Source of the DNA: Alloascoidea hylecoeti
Lineage: Eukaryota
NCBI GenBank assembly: GCA_001600815.1
Contig: BCKZ01000001.1
Span: 2,080,804-2,129,520 of the forward strand
Direction of reading: 5' to 3'
Length of the DNA stretch: 48,717 nucleotides
The first letter of the stretch is position 1. Every line of letters starts with the position of its first letter. Below, piece by piece: positions 35,268-46,738 of this stretch. A program made the position numbers and the translations under genes. Below the pieces are notes generated by a model that worked only from the letters and a program-made list of their open reading frames with translations, did not search any database and was not told the origin of the DNA.

Positions 35268-37232
35268 ATGGGACAAAAACGTAAATTGGATGATTCTATA
35301 GATAAGAACGAGAGTCCACAAAACTTCAAGAGAAAAACAATGGATACTTCATCTTACAAGAATAGGCAATCTTTTTGGTCAAGTTATTACAGAGCTAATG
35401 GGAAGCATGCAGACGATATTAAGAACGACAATGGAGATTCAGTATTAGGACAACGTATGTTGAGATCAGTTGATCTTGAGAAGTTAGAATATGCGGTCGG
35501 CCAAGTTTTTCGTGGCATAAAAACCATTTTGAAACTAGCCCCTACAGAGGAAACAGTTGAAAAAATTGTTAATAATCGTGATTCGAACCCTGATATGGCT
35601 GAGTTGGTTAAACGGTCTAAAACTGTATTAGCTGTAAGGTTGAGAAAACTATACAATGAAGGTAAAATGGAATTATTTGATGAACTGTTGAGGTCTATTG
35701 AGCTTGGAGACTTATATGATTTAAAGCAGTTGGAGACAGGCACAATTAAGCTTGACACACTAAAGCTTGATGTGATTAATCTTTTACCAAATATTGATTC
35801 TCCTATTCAGTATAATGGTAATGAAGTAGAATCTACCGACCAACTGGCTGACATTATCCAAGCTCATATGTTCTCAACTAATTCTCAAATGCAATTGACT
35901 GACAAATTTCAAAGCGAGGAAAATGCAAATACTAGTGCAAATGAACTTGAAAATAATAAACAAATAACACCATCTGATGATGATACCGAGAAAAAAGATA
36001 TCAATACAGATATATCTAACATTGAAGATAATTCATGGCCCCCAAAACTACCTGAAATCAAGGATGTAAAAATTCGAAATTTAGTATTTACACACAAATC
36101 CTATGTTAATGATAAAGTTAATCTAACAAATACAGAAAAAGTCAAATTAAGTAATGAACGTCTTGAATTTCTTGGTGATTCTATTCTTAATCATTTAACA
36201 ACATTAATTGTATATCAAAGATTCCCTGATGTCGATGAAGGTATATTAACCATAACTAGATCAAGTATTGTTAATAATAAAACTCTTATACAATGGGCAC
36301 ATTTATACGGATTTGAACATCGAATGAGATCAGCCTTGAGTCTTGATCAAGACCATTATAATACAAAAATTTATGCAGATTTGATAGAATCATATATCGG
36401 AGGATTATTTCTTGAAGATAAATCGTATGATAGAATTCAACCATGGTTGTATAAATTGATGGAACCGTTACTTCAAATAAATGTAACGAAAGTACCGATT
36501 GCTAAAGGTGTACAATCATCTATAGAAAGACAGGCAAAGAATGAACTTTATGCATTAATTGGTTGTGCAAAATATACACCAACTTACAAAACTATCAGTG
36601 AAGAAAATACTGATACCGGAAAACTTTTTGAAGTAGGTGTTTATATCGAAGATGAATGCTTAGGTATGGGGAAAGGAACAAATTTAAAAGAAGCTGGGTT
36701 ATCCGCGGCAGAGGATGCTCTAAAAAATCACGAATTATTAGAGAAGTATGCTGCGCTTAGAAGATCAACAAGTAAAACTGAATCAGTTATTGCAAGGAGT
36801 AAAAATGATGCCACGAACTCAAATGTATCAAAAAAGAAAAGTAGTCAAAGTCTATCAAACAATTCAAATCTAGAAGATGTTAACAATAATAAAGAGAGCG
36901 TAGAAGGAAATGAATATGAAAATTTGAATCAAATTAGACAGATAGATGGTGCTCCAAAACCTTTAGCAACTCAAATTCTTGATATTCAAATTGATCTGAA
37001 TGCAAAGAATATTATTTATAGTGTATTAGCAAAGTACAATTTAACACCAAAATATATTTGTATACCAATCAATTCATCAATGAAGAGAATGATGATAACA
37101 GCAAATGATTTAATATTAGGTATTGGTGAAGCAAGTACCAAGAAAAAGGGAGAAAGAAAAGCCGCAATGAACGCTTTGAATAATAAAGAAATGCTAGAAT
37201 ATTTGCGCACTACTTATACTTCAAAAAATTGA
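35268..37232 (+). CDS. Budding-yeast RNase III with Dcr1 (non-canonical Dicer) architecture: NTD + one RNase III + two dsRBDs
   Basis: NTD LEKLEYAVGQV...LAVRLRKL; WPPKLPEI; signature NERLEFLGDS and YADLIESYIGGL; dsRBD1 AKNELYALIG...GKGTNLKEAGLSAAEDAL; dsRBD2 AKNIIYSVL...GIGEASTKKKGERKAAMNAL. The start is placed at ATG 35268 (MGQKRK). DCR1 versus RNT1 orthology is unresolved. Confidence 0.9.
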   Translation: MGQKRKLDDSIDKNESPQNFKRKTMDTSSYKNRQSFWSSYYRANGKHADDIKNDNGDSVLGQRMLRSVDLEKLEYAVGQVFRGIKTILKLAPTEETVEKIVNNRDSNPDMAELVKRSKTVLAVRLRKLYNEGKMELFDELLRSIELGDLYDLKQLETGTIKLDTLKLDVINLLPNIDSPIQYNGNEVESTDQLADIIQAHMFSTNSQMQLTDKFQSEENANTSANELENNKQITPSDDDTEKKDINTDISNIEDNSWPPKLPEIKDVKIRNLVFTHKSYVNDKVNLTNTEKVKLSNERLEFLGDSILNHLTTLIVYQRFPDVDEGILTITRSSIVNNKTLIQWAHLYGFEHRMRSALSLDQDHYNTKIYADLIESYIGGLFLEDKSYDRIQPWLYKLMEPLLQINVTKVPIAKGVQSSIERQAKNELYALIGCAKYTPTYKTISEENTDTGKLFEVGVYIEDECLGMGKGTNLKEAGLSAAEDALKNHELLEKYAALRRSTSKTESVIARSKNDATNSNVSKKKSSQSLSNNSNLEDVNNNKESVEGNEYENLNQIRQIDGAPKPLATQILDIQIDLNAKNIIYSVLAKYNLTPKYICIPINSSMKRMMITANDLILGIGEASTKKKGERKAAMNALNNKEMLEYLRTTYTSKN

Positions 37233-38780
37233 TTTTATTATTTTGAATTTTGAGAAGTATAATAATGTATGGATGTATACGTATATGTTCAAATTGATCT
37301 TAATCGCAACAAATAGATTATCGCACATTTAATATGACTGCTACCAGTCACTAGCCATACCGTAGTATTCGGCACGATTTACGGAAATTGGAAGACAAAA
37401 GGAGGAATTAAGGAGAAGACGAGGAGGAGTAAAGCTTGTTGTGGGGTTTATTATACCCGTTCCATGAATCCTGTCTGTTCTGAGAGTTACTCGTTGAACC
37501 TGTGGCAGTGATTCAGGAATGTCAGGTTTAAGGTGAAAACTACCAAATCACAACACTATATATAGGAATAACCTCTAAAGGAAAAATTTGTTCCTCTAGA
37601 ATAATGGAGGTTATTTTACAGTTCATTTATTAGTTCCTGATGGTATGAAGAACCATTACCGATCTATATCATCTCAAGAATTTCTTTTCAAAATCTCTCT
37701 GGAAAAATCAAAAGAATTTCAACACTAGGGAAAAATGTGTCCACAATGCCAAAATCACTTCACTTCACTTCAAAATTAAAGATGACAGAAGGTAAATGAA
37801 TTGCAATTGTAAAGCTTGTCTTTTCAAATTATTTTTTGCACTTCTTTGTCAAAGATTTTGTGCCCATGTTGGCCTCTAGATTTCTCAGTTAAGAAATAGG
37901 TTACATCTTGCATTCAAACACGTGATGTACACGCAAAAGAAGCAATATTACCTATCCTATCTAGATCAGTGCATGTATATGCATATTAGACTAATTCCTC
38001 ATGCGATAGTAAATACCGTTGGATGCATATGCATATTCCTGGAGAGTAAAATTTGGAGAAAAAAGTTGTTCATTTTCAGTGACGCTCGCCATATTACAAA
38101 AGGCAATGTTACAAATGAATTGATTCGAATTTTAACTTTCATAGTTTAATTATAATTAGAAATTGTTATAATTTTACACTATAATTTCCTCTATTGTGAA
38201 TAATTTGTTAGGTATAGTGATGTGTATGTACGCAGTTAACGTAAGTTTTATCCAATGTTAGATGTTTATAATTATTCAACTAGATGAAAACAGCTAATTA
38301 TAACTATAGTACTAGTTCTGTGGCCGACATTCATATTATAGGATATATAGATTATCGTGTGCATAATCACCGTAATTATTATATACGTTGATGAAATCAT
38401 AATACTGATCATAATAATAGTTATACTACATATCGTAAAAATATATCAATAATGATGCTAATACTTATACAATTTCGAATTGTAAGTTTATAAATATACA
38501 AATAAAATATTAAAATTTAAAAGTAGCTACAACAGAGAGCAGCATCAATTACAATAACAAGGTAAAATAGATCAATAATTTATGATAATAAACCAGGAGT
38601 GGTACTGTAAAAAACAAGAAAAAACAACTTTTGAGTAAATAATTTATGTTGAGGTCAAAAATAGAAATGTGAATATTTATATAAAGATAAATTTTTTGAA
38701 TGATAAAAGTTCTTGAACAATTTTAACTTTCAAAATTGGAACGCTGACCAGCAACGAGATTTGTAAATAACCTAACCTAT

Positions 38781-39269
38781 TTAAATGATACCAGCTAAAA
38801 TTCCAGTAAGGCATACTACTCCAATGGTCATCCAAGCTTTTTGTTTCCCAGAATGAAATGGATTTACCTTGGTAGCGGATGATGAAGAATTTGAACTTTT
38901 AGACACAGTTGCTTGACTAGCACTAGCAGAAGAACCATAGCTAGAGGTAGGTTGGGCGGAGTCTCCTTCTGAAGCTGTTGAAGAAAATGTCAATGGTTGA
39001 ATTTCTGATAATTGTAAAGATGATGGTTCTGATGAGGTTGAATTTTGAAAAATATTTGAAGAGATTGTTATTAAAGGAGCATTTGCACTAGCAGTAACTA
39101 TAGGTATGGAGCTATCGAACAAAAGACCGGTTACTTCGGCTGAAGCTGTAGATTTGGCAACGTTGGATGTATCAAACAGGAGGTCAGTTACTTCGGCTGA
39201 AGATGTAGATTTGGCAATTTTGGAAGTATCGATCAAAAGAACAGAAGATAAAACGGCGGTTGCGGGCAT
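38781..39269 (-). CDS. Small Ser/Thr-rich surface protein with C-terminal GPI-signal-like hydrophobic tail
   Basis: S/T/A-rich, ending NSSSSATKV...WMTIGVVCLTGILAGII. TATATA lies about 110 bp upstream. The N-terminal signal is weak. Confidence 0.6.
   Translation of the reverse strand: MPATAVLSSVLLIDTSKIAKSTSSAEVTDLLFDTSNVAKSTASAEVTGLLFDSSIPIVTASANAPLITISSNIFQNSTSSEPSSLQLSEIQPLTFSSTASEGDSAQPTSSYGSSASASQATVSKSSNSSSSATKVNPFHSGKQKAWMTIGVVCLTGILAGII
39114..39232 (-). repeat. 57-bp (19-aa) tandem repeat in the S/T-rich ORF
   Basis: TTACTTCGGCTGAAG at 39131 and 39188; DTSKIAKSTSSAEVTDLLF and DTSNVAKSTASAEVTGLLF. Confidence 0.9.
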
Positions 39270-41490
39270 TGCAATGTTTATTTTCTCTGTAGGTTAAAGA
39301 AGTGAAAAGAATAATTATAAGGAGTGACAAACTTGATTTTATAAAAAGAGGAGAAGAAGAAGAAACTTTTGGTAGTATATATAAGATTTGAAGGTAAGGC
39401 TTGCCTTTGGAACTTAATTAGGGTTGATGTTTTATAATTATAATTAACAGCACATTCTTTAGTATCTGTGTTGTTACGTGTAGCCGTGAACAATATGATG
39501 TAACAGTAACTAAACCTCCAAACACGGAATAACTAAGCTGACCGGTATATGCACAATGCAGGAACTTGCCTCCTCAAACTTTAATTATAATATCAAGATT
39601 AACTTTTCAGGCACCAAATTTGTTTACAATTACGGGGAATTTTAAATGTAAATCGTTGACCGTCATCGCAACAACTACTTCAGCTCTAAGCCCAACCAGC
39701 AAACTTCATGAAGCCAATGTCACCCCTTCATGAATGTAATGCCATCTTTTTCTCTGAGCCTTGGTTCAGGTTTTTGAGTCATGATCATTGTTCATTCAGG
39801 CACGCTTTCTTAGATGTTATACTTGTAAGTATGCAATATAAGCTGAATTTAATGATATTGATGCAATAAATTTATAGCTAATTATATTAGTACTAGTTAA
39901 AAGCATTATATTAACCTATTATTATGAGACAATCTAATATATCTGGAATGTAAGGATTGTTTGTAATTGTATTCATAAATAACTAACTAAGCTCTTACAT
40001 AAAAATACTGATTTTATTTTTTAAAGTCTTCCTCGAATTAGATTCTTAAAAAAAACTTGAATGGTATTTGTTAATATCATCGATATCCTATTTTATAATT
40101 AATTAGAATTTTGAAGATGTATACATTTTGAAGACCAACGAAACAGACTGAAAAATTTAATTTGTAATTAGGTAGAAGTAATATATCGATATCTGTTTCT
40201 TAATATATTGAACCCAATATGTTAATTGCATCTTTTGCCTCTCATAGCTCAGCCCTAATTAGGTTTCTCGAGTTTAATTATGGTTAACTGAGAATTCGAT
40301 AATTATAAACTTGGCCCTGCCAAAACTATCAAAAATATCTGATGCTTTTTAATCTCAAACGTTTATCATATCCTTTAAAACTCTAACTTGTTAGAAAATG
40401 ACATAATAACTTTATCAAAATCAACATCATGATACATATACTGGCACAAACTACATTATCAACAAATATGTTAATAAATATGTAAAAAATTGCTCGCTAA
40501 GTGTACTGACCATCATCTTATTGGTTAGAAATTCCTGATTATAAAACTTACAATTAGAATTTTTTGATCTAAATAGACCAGAAGCCCTATATATAAAAAT
40601 AATATTATTTATTGGAACTGACATTGTTTCATATATAACCCCAAATATAACCATATATATGTCATGATAATTATAACGAAGTTATGATAGGCAACCTACT
40701 AGGCACTGGCATCAATGTAAGTTGAAATTATAAGCAATCAATTAGAAGAAAGTTATTCGCGATTTTTTCAAATTCACACAGTTTAACTTATAGATGTTAG
40801 CTACATGTATATATATAATTATAAATCTTATAGGGTTAATATATTTTTAGGTCTTATATCATGTTATATATATTGTAACATATATACAATTTATAAATTT
40901 AAATACTGATATTGATATTGTAAATTTCTCTGGATATACAATATAGGAAATTGATTATAACCTCGATATACGACTCGATGGCCAACTTTTGTGGAACATT
41001 AATTAATTACATAAATATACCTATATTGCAATTGACGATCATTATAGTACTCTCCGGATCCAAATGTAAAGCCTCGGTAAGTAACTACAATCTATTGCCC
41101 CGAAAATAAATTTAGAGGCAGATAGCAGTTGCATACATTTATAGTATACTGTTCATCAGATATAAATATTAAAGTGCCTCAAGTGTGCCATATGATATAG
41201 CAATATAAATACTCATTAGATAAGGGATATATGGCGGTCTCACCATAGAAATTGTGTTGGGCAGACAAAATCAAATATTCCTGGCTTGTAAGTAAAACAA
41301 CAGCGTATAACCTTACTGTATTAGATTGATTGCAATTGTTCCTTTTATACATATATTATATTGGACTTGTTCTTTCAACCCGACGAGCCTCCCCATGGGT
41401 TTCATGGTTTCATTTTAATGTTTAATTATATATCTTCCGATTTATAAGTAGTACAGCGATGTCATGCCGCTTATTAGTGACCTGTATACT

Positions 41491-41746
41491 CTTGATTCTG
41501 GTGTAGAAGCTTATGGCTCCACGAAGGAGATTTTATCACATATTTATAGGAATTTTGATGTCAATTCTTGGAAGAAAACAACGATGTTGAAGTCTGGGTC
41601 AGAAATCCAAAGGTGAAGGAAAAGTCAATCTTGATGTTATTTTGAAAGATTTGAGAACACTATTTAGACAAATTAGAGATGAAAAGATTAATTGTCCCGA
41701 TTCCGAAAATAATTATATTTCAGACTTTCTGATAACAGAGAAGTGA
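41491..41746 (+). mobile_element. Possible decayed Ty1/copia gag fragment
   Basis: Two frameshifted segments, STKEILSHIYRNF and KVNLDVILKDLRTLFRQIRDEKINCPD, loosely resemble copia gag helices. They form a coding-like island in AT-rich DNA. Confidence 0.3.
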
Positions 41747-43098
41747 ATAAAATTATATGTAAAATTATATTTACGGGATATTCTTTTTTTTAAAAAAAAT
41801 AAAAGTTACTATTACTTAGTACTAGTGTATTTATCTCAATTATATATAAACCTATCTACTTTAAATTATTAAAAAGGTTAAAGATCAATTATATTTAAGA
41901 GAAAGTCAGTAGTACTGATCTGCTTAAATAGTAGAGTACTTGGATTGAAGCTAGGTTAGGTAATGACAAAATCCAGATAATAACAATAGCAAAGCTTCTA
42001 TAATTCTTTCACCATTATGAAGAAATTCTGCGGCTGAAATGTAATATGTATTCATTCAGTTTCATGAAAGCTCCGAACATAGCTAAATTCTAGATAAATA
42101 TACATGAGATCGAGATTCATATAGATACAAATATCGATACATATGATGATTATAAATTGAACAATCGGAGTTAGGTATTTTTACCAGAAAGGTTATCTTA
42201 ATGCGACTATGAAAGGTGTTTTATACGAAGTTATGGAGCTCGAGTCTCTCACATAATCGGAAGACAAATCACGTTAACTATTAGATTCAATGTTTTGTCA
42301 AATTAATTTCAAATTGAATATGCTATAGGATTATAATTAATTAGTTTTTTTTTTTTACTTTGATACTAAGCTCGTATAATTAAATACATTTATGTTTTGA
42401 ATGCTATAGCTATATTACTAATATTAGTATTTATAAATTTATATAAACTAAGACTTTTAGTATATAATACATCATATATATTATGATGATAACCCAATTA
42501 AACCCATAGCTCTATATCTATTGCATATAATAAGACCACCTCGACATTTCGGATTTTTTCGGATCCTTTTACATAATAATATATATAATAAGAATATTTA
42601 CTAAACCTGGGTAACTACATAGGCGATTGCAGTTCCTATTGCATATAATGGTATGTTTAGGTATAAGGTACTTACTGTATATATAATCAATCGTCATCAA
42701 TAATATATATACCTTATATTATAAGACTGACACCTGCACCATACATGTGTCATATCATGATCAATAGAAATTAATTATCATTAATTATCGATAAGAGTTA
42801 ATACTCTTTTTCATTACTTCATTCACAATGAAGCTAGAATAAGGTATAAGTACATATTAACTATAGAAACCTATTGGTGAGAAATATGTAAGATACATAC
42901 ATTTGGAGAAGGGGCAAATGTAGTAATTAGCCAACTCTTTGCTGCCTTGAAAGTAAAGCCGCCAAATAACCCCATCTGGTTGCTAATTAATTTTGTACCT
43001 AATTGATTACCCGAATATCACAACACCAACATTTTACTTACTACATAAAGTTTTAAACTTTTTTTCATAAAAAACAATAAAATAAAAGAACAATAAAA

Positions 43099-43746
43099 AG
43101 TGAGGTATTCGGAAACTTTTTTTTTACCAAGAAGGATCGTCATATTAACTGTATTATTTAATAGTGGGTGCCTATAAATATGTCTAAGAATTAAGCAAAA
43201 AGAAGCAATCTGATGTGTACCGTTTCTTACATCGTTGCTGGGAATATCGTCAATTTAATGTCATCCATAGAGCTTCTAGATCATCTCGTCCTGATAAGGT
43301 TCGCCGAAAGGATTTGCCGTGTTTCGTGTTCGAGTCCGTCGAGGTAGTAGAAAGAGACCAAAGGACGCTACAAATGGTAAGCCAACTAATCAAGGTGTTT
43401 CTCAGCTGAAATATCAGAAATCTCTTCAATTAACTGCAGAGAAACGTGATGGGCGTGAAGCATACAACTCAATTGTACTAAACTCATACTGGGCTAACCA
43501 AGACTTTACATATATAGATACTTTGAAGTTATTCTACTTGATCCACAGCATAAGGCCATCAGAAGGGATGCTAGATACAATTGGATCGCTAACCCAGTTC
43601 CTGAACACAGAGAACAAAGAGGTCTTATATCTCTAGGCAAGAAGAGGAGAGGTATCAAGAAAGGACATCGTCACACAAACACAAAGGCAGGTAGGAGACA
43701 CACTTGGAAGAAAAACAATACATTGAGTTTGTGGAGATATCGTTAA
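43099..43746 (+). pseudogene. RPL15: 60S ribosomal protein eL15 pseudogene retaining a start-codon intron
   Basis: A(43099), intron 43100-43164 (GTGAGG...TATTAAC...TAG), then TG GGT GCC TAT AAA gives MGAYKYV* (TAA 43185-43187). It continues KKQSDV, WEYRQ, RVRVRRG, NSYW, YFEVIL, and NTLSLWRYR* (43746), with two frameshifts and small deletions. Confidence 0.96.
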
Positions 43747-44116
43747 TAAAATACTCTTTAATGCTTAATTAATATTCCAATTTGTAAATTTAAATAATAT
43801 AATTCAGCCATAATGATATTCAATCATTGACAGAGACGGATAAATTATAGATGTAAGAGTGTTATTAGAACTCTAATAGCGTATCTATACACAACGCTCC
43901 TGAAATTTATGAGACACATTTAGATTTAGCTATACATGTAGTATCTATTGCCGTTAATACAACGGTCCCTGAATTGCAACTATTTTGAGACTTGTTCTAT
44001 AAAAACAAGACAATTGAAACAATTACAACAACATCCAAACAAGTTAAGGTAGATAACCAAATATCAAATCTGTTTGAATGAGTATTAATTATTGTTATTT
44101 ATCACACGATAAAGCA

Positions 44117-44129
44117 TCACGTGTGACCC
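44117..44129. promoter_or_regulatory. TCACGTG (Cbf1 consensus) upstream of ADE16/17
   Basis: TCACGTGTGACCC about 90 bp before the ATG. Confidence 0.6.
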
Positions 44130-44212
44130 CCAAAAACAAGTTTTAAAAAGACGATCTTTCTTGCTATAATTGTTGCTTCATAGTGCCTCGAAGTCTTCCT
44201 TCTCACAATCAA

Positions 44213-46177
44213 ATGTCTGGAGCTGAGAATCGAAAGAAAATTGCGATCTTGTCAGTTTATGACAAAACTGGGTTACTAGATCTGGCAAAAGGATTAGTCA
44301 AAAACAATGTTCGAATCCTTGCCTCTGGAGGAACAGCACGCTTAGTGAGAGATGCAGGCTTTCCAGTTGAGTAAGTAAGAATTTTAAGAATATTCAGGTA
44401 TTTCAAATGTCGAGAGACTGATTTGTAACTGGTATTTGAGAATTCCAATCAAATTGAGTACGGATTAAGCTTATCTCTTTGTTTTCGGTTGTGAAAAGAA
44501 TCAAATCAAATCTACGTATATTAATCACTAACACCCTTCTTTAAACTATATAGAGATGTCAGCACCATCACACACGCCCCTGAAATGCTTGCTGGAAGAG
44601 TAAAGACCCTTCATCCTGCAATTCATGCCGGAATCTTGGCTAGAAATATTGAGTCAGATGAGAAGGATCTTGCCGATCAACATATTGAAAAAGTAGATTT
44701 TGTTGTATGCAATTTGTACCCATTCAAGGAGACCATATCCAAAATTAATGTTACCATTGATGAGGCTGTCGAAGTAATTGATATTGGTGGTGTAACGTTG
44801 CTCAGAGCAGCTGCTAAGAATCATAGTCGTGTTACCATTTTGTCTGACCCAAAAGATTACCCAACTTTTTTAGAGGAATTAGATAAGGGAGAAATCTCTG
44901 AAAAGTCTCGGGAGATATTAGCTTTGAAAGCATTTGAACACACTGCTAATTATGATGTAGCAATTTCAGATTTCTTCAGAAAACGATATGCCGAGAGTAT
45001 TTCACAACTACCTTTACGATATGGTGCAAACCCACACCAAAAACCTGCCCAGGCATATGTCACAGATGGTACTTTACCCTTTAGGGTATTATCAGGATCT
45101 CCTGGTTATATAAATTTATTAGATGCTTTAAATTCATGGCCTTTGGTAAAAGAATTGAGTGCTTCTTTAAATCTCCCAGCTGCTGCCTCTTTTAAGCATG
45201 TTTCGCCTGCAGGAGCAGCTGTTGGAATTCCATTATCTGAGGCAGAAAAAAAAGCTTACTTTGTTGATAAAGAAGCGTTTTTATCACCATTAGCAAGTGC
45301 TTATGCACGAGCCAGAGGTGCTGATAGAATGAGTAGTTTTGGTGATTGGATTGCACTGTCGAATATTGTTGACGTTTCCACCGCTCGGATAATTTCGAAA
45401 GAAGTTAGCGATGGTGTCATTGCTCCTGGTTATGAACCAGATGCATTGAATATTTTGAAAAGAAAGAAGAACGGTAGATATTCTATACTTCAAATTGATC
45501 CATTATATAATCCAGAACCTTATGAATCTCGACAAGTTTATGGAATCACACTCTCTCAGAAAAGAAATGATGCCATTATAAACTCAGCGTCTTTCACTGA
45601 AATAATTTCACAAAATAGAGATCTAACAGACAATGCAATAATTGATTTGACAGTAGCAACAATAGCTCTAAAGTACACACAATCAAATTCTGTATGCTAT
45701 GCTAAAAATGGAATGGTGATAGGTTTGGGTGCTGGCCAACAATCAAGAATTCATTGTACTCGTTTAGCAGGAGACAAAGCAGATAATTGGTGGTTGCGCC
45801 AAAACCCTCGTGTTTTGGAATTTAAATGGGCTAAAGGAACCAAAAGATCAGACAAGAGTAATGCAATTGACTTATTTGTTACCGACCAAATTCCAAAGGA
45901 AGAGCCTGAAAAAAGTGAGTATGAAAATAAATTCGCGAAAGTGCCTGAACCTTTTACTAGTGAAGAACGACAGGGGTGGTTATCAAAGCTTGATTTTGTT
46001 TCAATTTCCTCTGATGCCTTTTTCCCCTTTCCCGACAATATTTACCGGGCTGTTAAGAGTGGAGTAAAATATGTCGCAGCGCCATCAGGGTCAATTCAGG
46101 ATAAATCTGTCTTGGCCGCTGCAGATTCTTTTGGTCTTGTTTATTTGGAGAACAACATTAGACTTTTCCATCATTAA
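44213..46177 (+). CDS. ADE17: Bifunctional AICAR transformylase / IMP cyclohydrolase (ADE16/ADE17)
   Basis: Exon 1 is 44213-44370, the intron 44371-44553 (GTAAGT...CACTAAC...TAG) and exon 2 44554-46177. Motifs: [52 protein letters not shown]. Confidence 0.97.
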
Positions 46178-46738
46178 GATCACAGACTTTTGAACAGAAT
46201 TTATAAGTACCTAGAAATCGGTTCTGCTTTCATCTACATAAATTTGCCTTATATCTATTTATTATTGTTAACTGGTGTTATCGCATTGTTTATATCTGCT
46301 CGTTCTTTTTAATTCAAAACTCTCTTCTTTTTGTGATATATTGGATATATAACTGTGTTAAGTATAAAATTATTACTGGCGATATAATGATTGCAATAAT
46401 AATTGCCATACGTATATCATTTTAATGTGTAATATTTGTAGTATGCATAGTACTGTGATTGGTTATATCTCGTTTATAAGGTTATATTGTCAACTATCAT
46501 ACAAAATAATAAAAGATACTATGGTATTATAAATAAGGTAGAACTTGTATAATTATATGGGTATGAAAATAAACATCCTGACATCACACGTGTTTTTAAC
46601 CTTTCATATGTAAAATAATTCAATTTCTGTTACTATACCATTACGCAATTACTATTGTTTTTGAATATGCCGGCAGACAGGTAAAATGAAATCTAATCAT
46701 CAAGTAGTATGACATCTTATACCGATAGAAGGCAGAAC

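Noticed and set aside
37340..37780. Coding-like fragments downstream of the RNase III gene, including CPQCQNHF (C2H2-like)
   Set aside because: Short, interrupted by stops and lacking the His pair; no family could be assigned.
43215..43636. ORF-track entries of 64 aa and 105 aa as separate genes
   Set aside because: They are frameshifted pieces of the RPL15 pseudogene.
43164..43760. RPL15 copy as a processed retro-pseudogene with an ATG-to-GTG start
   Set aside because: The apparent GTG is the acceptor G plus TG of a split start codon. A branch point and donor lie upstream and there is no poly-A tail.
43328..44318. GTTCGAGTCC and GTTCGAATCC as tRNA T-loops
   Set aside because: Both lie inside protein-coding-derived sequence (RPL15 relic, ADE exon 1) without a cloverleaf.
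44371..44553. Longer ADE intron (183 nt) as a snoRNA host
   Set aside because: No RUGAUGA box C, and no convincing H/ACA hairpin layout was seen.
24993..46177. MET7, AAH1 and ADE16/17 as a purine/folate gene cluster
   Set aside because: They are spread over 21 kb with unrelated genes between them. MET7 and ADE sit in separate old synteny blocks, and I saw no shared TGACTC (Bas1) sites near the starts.
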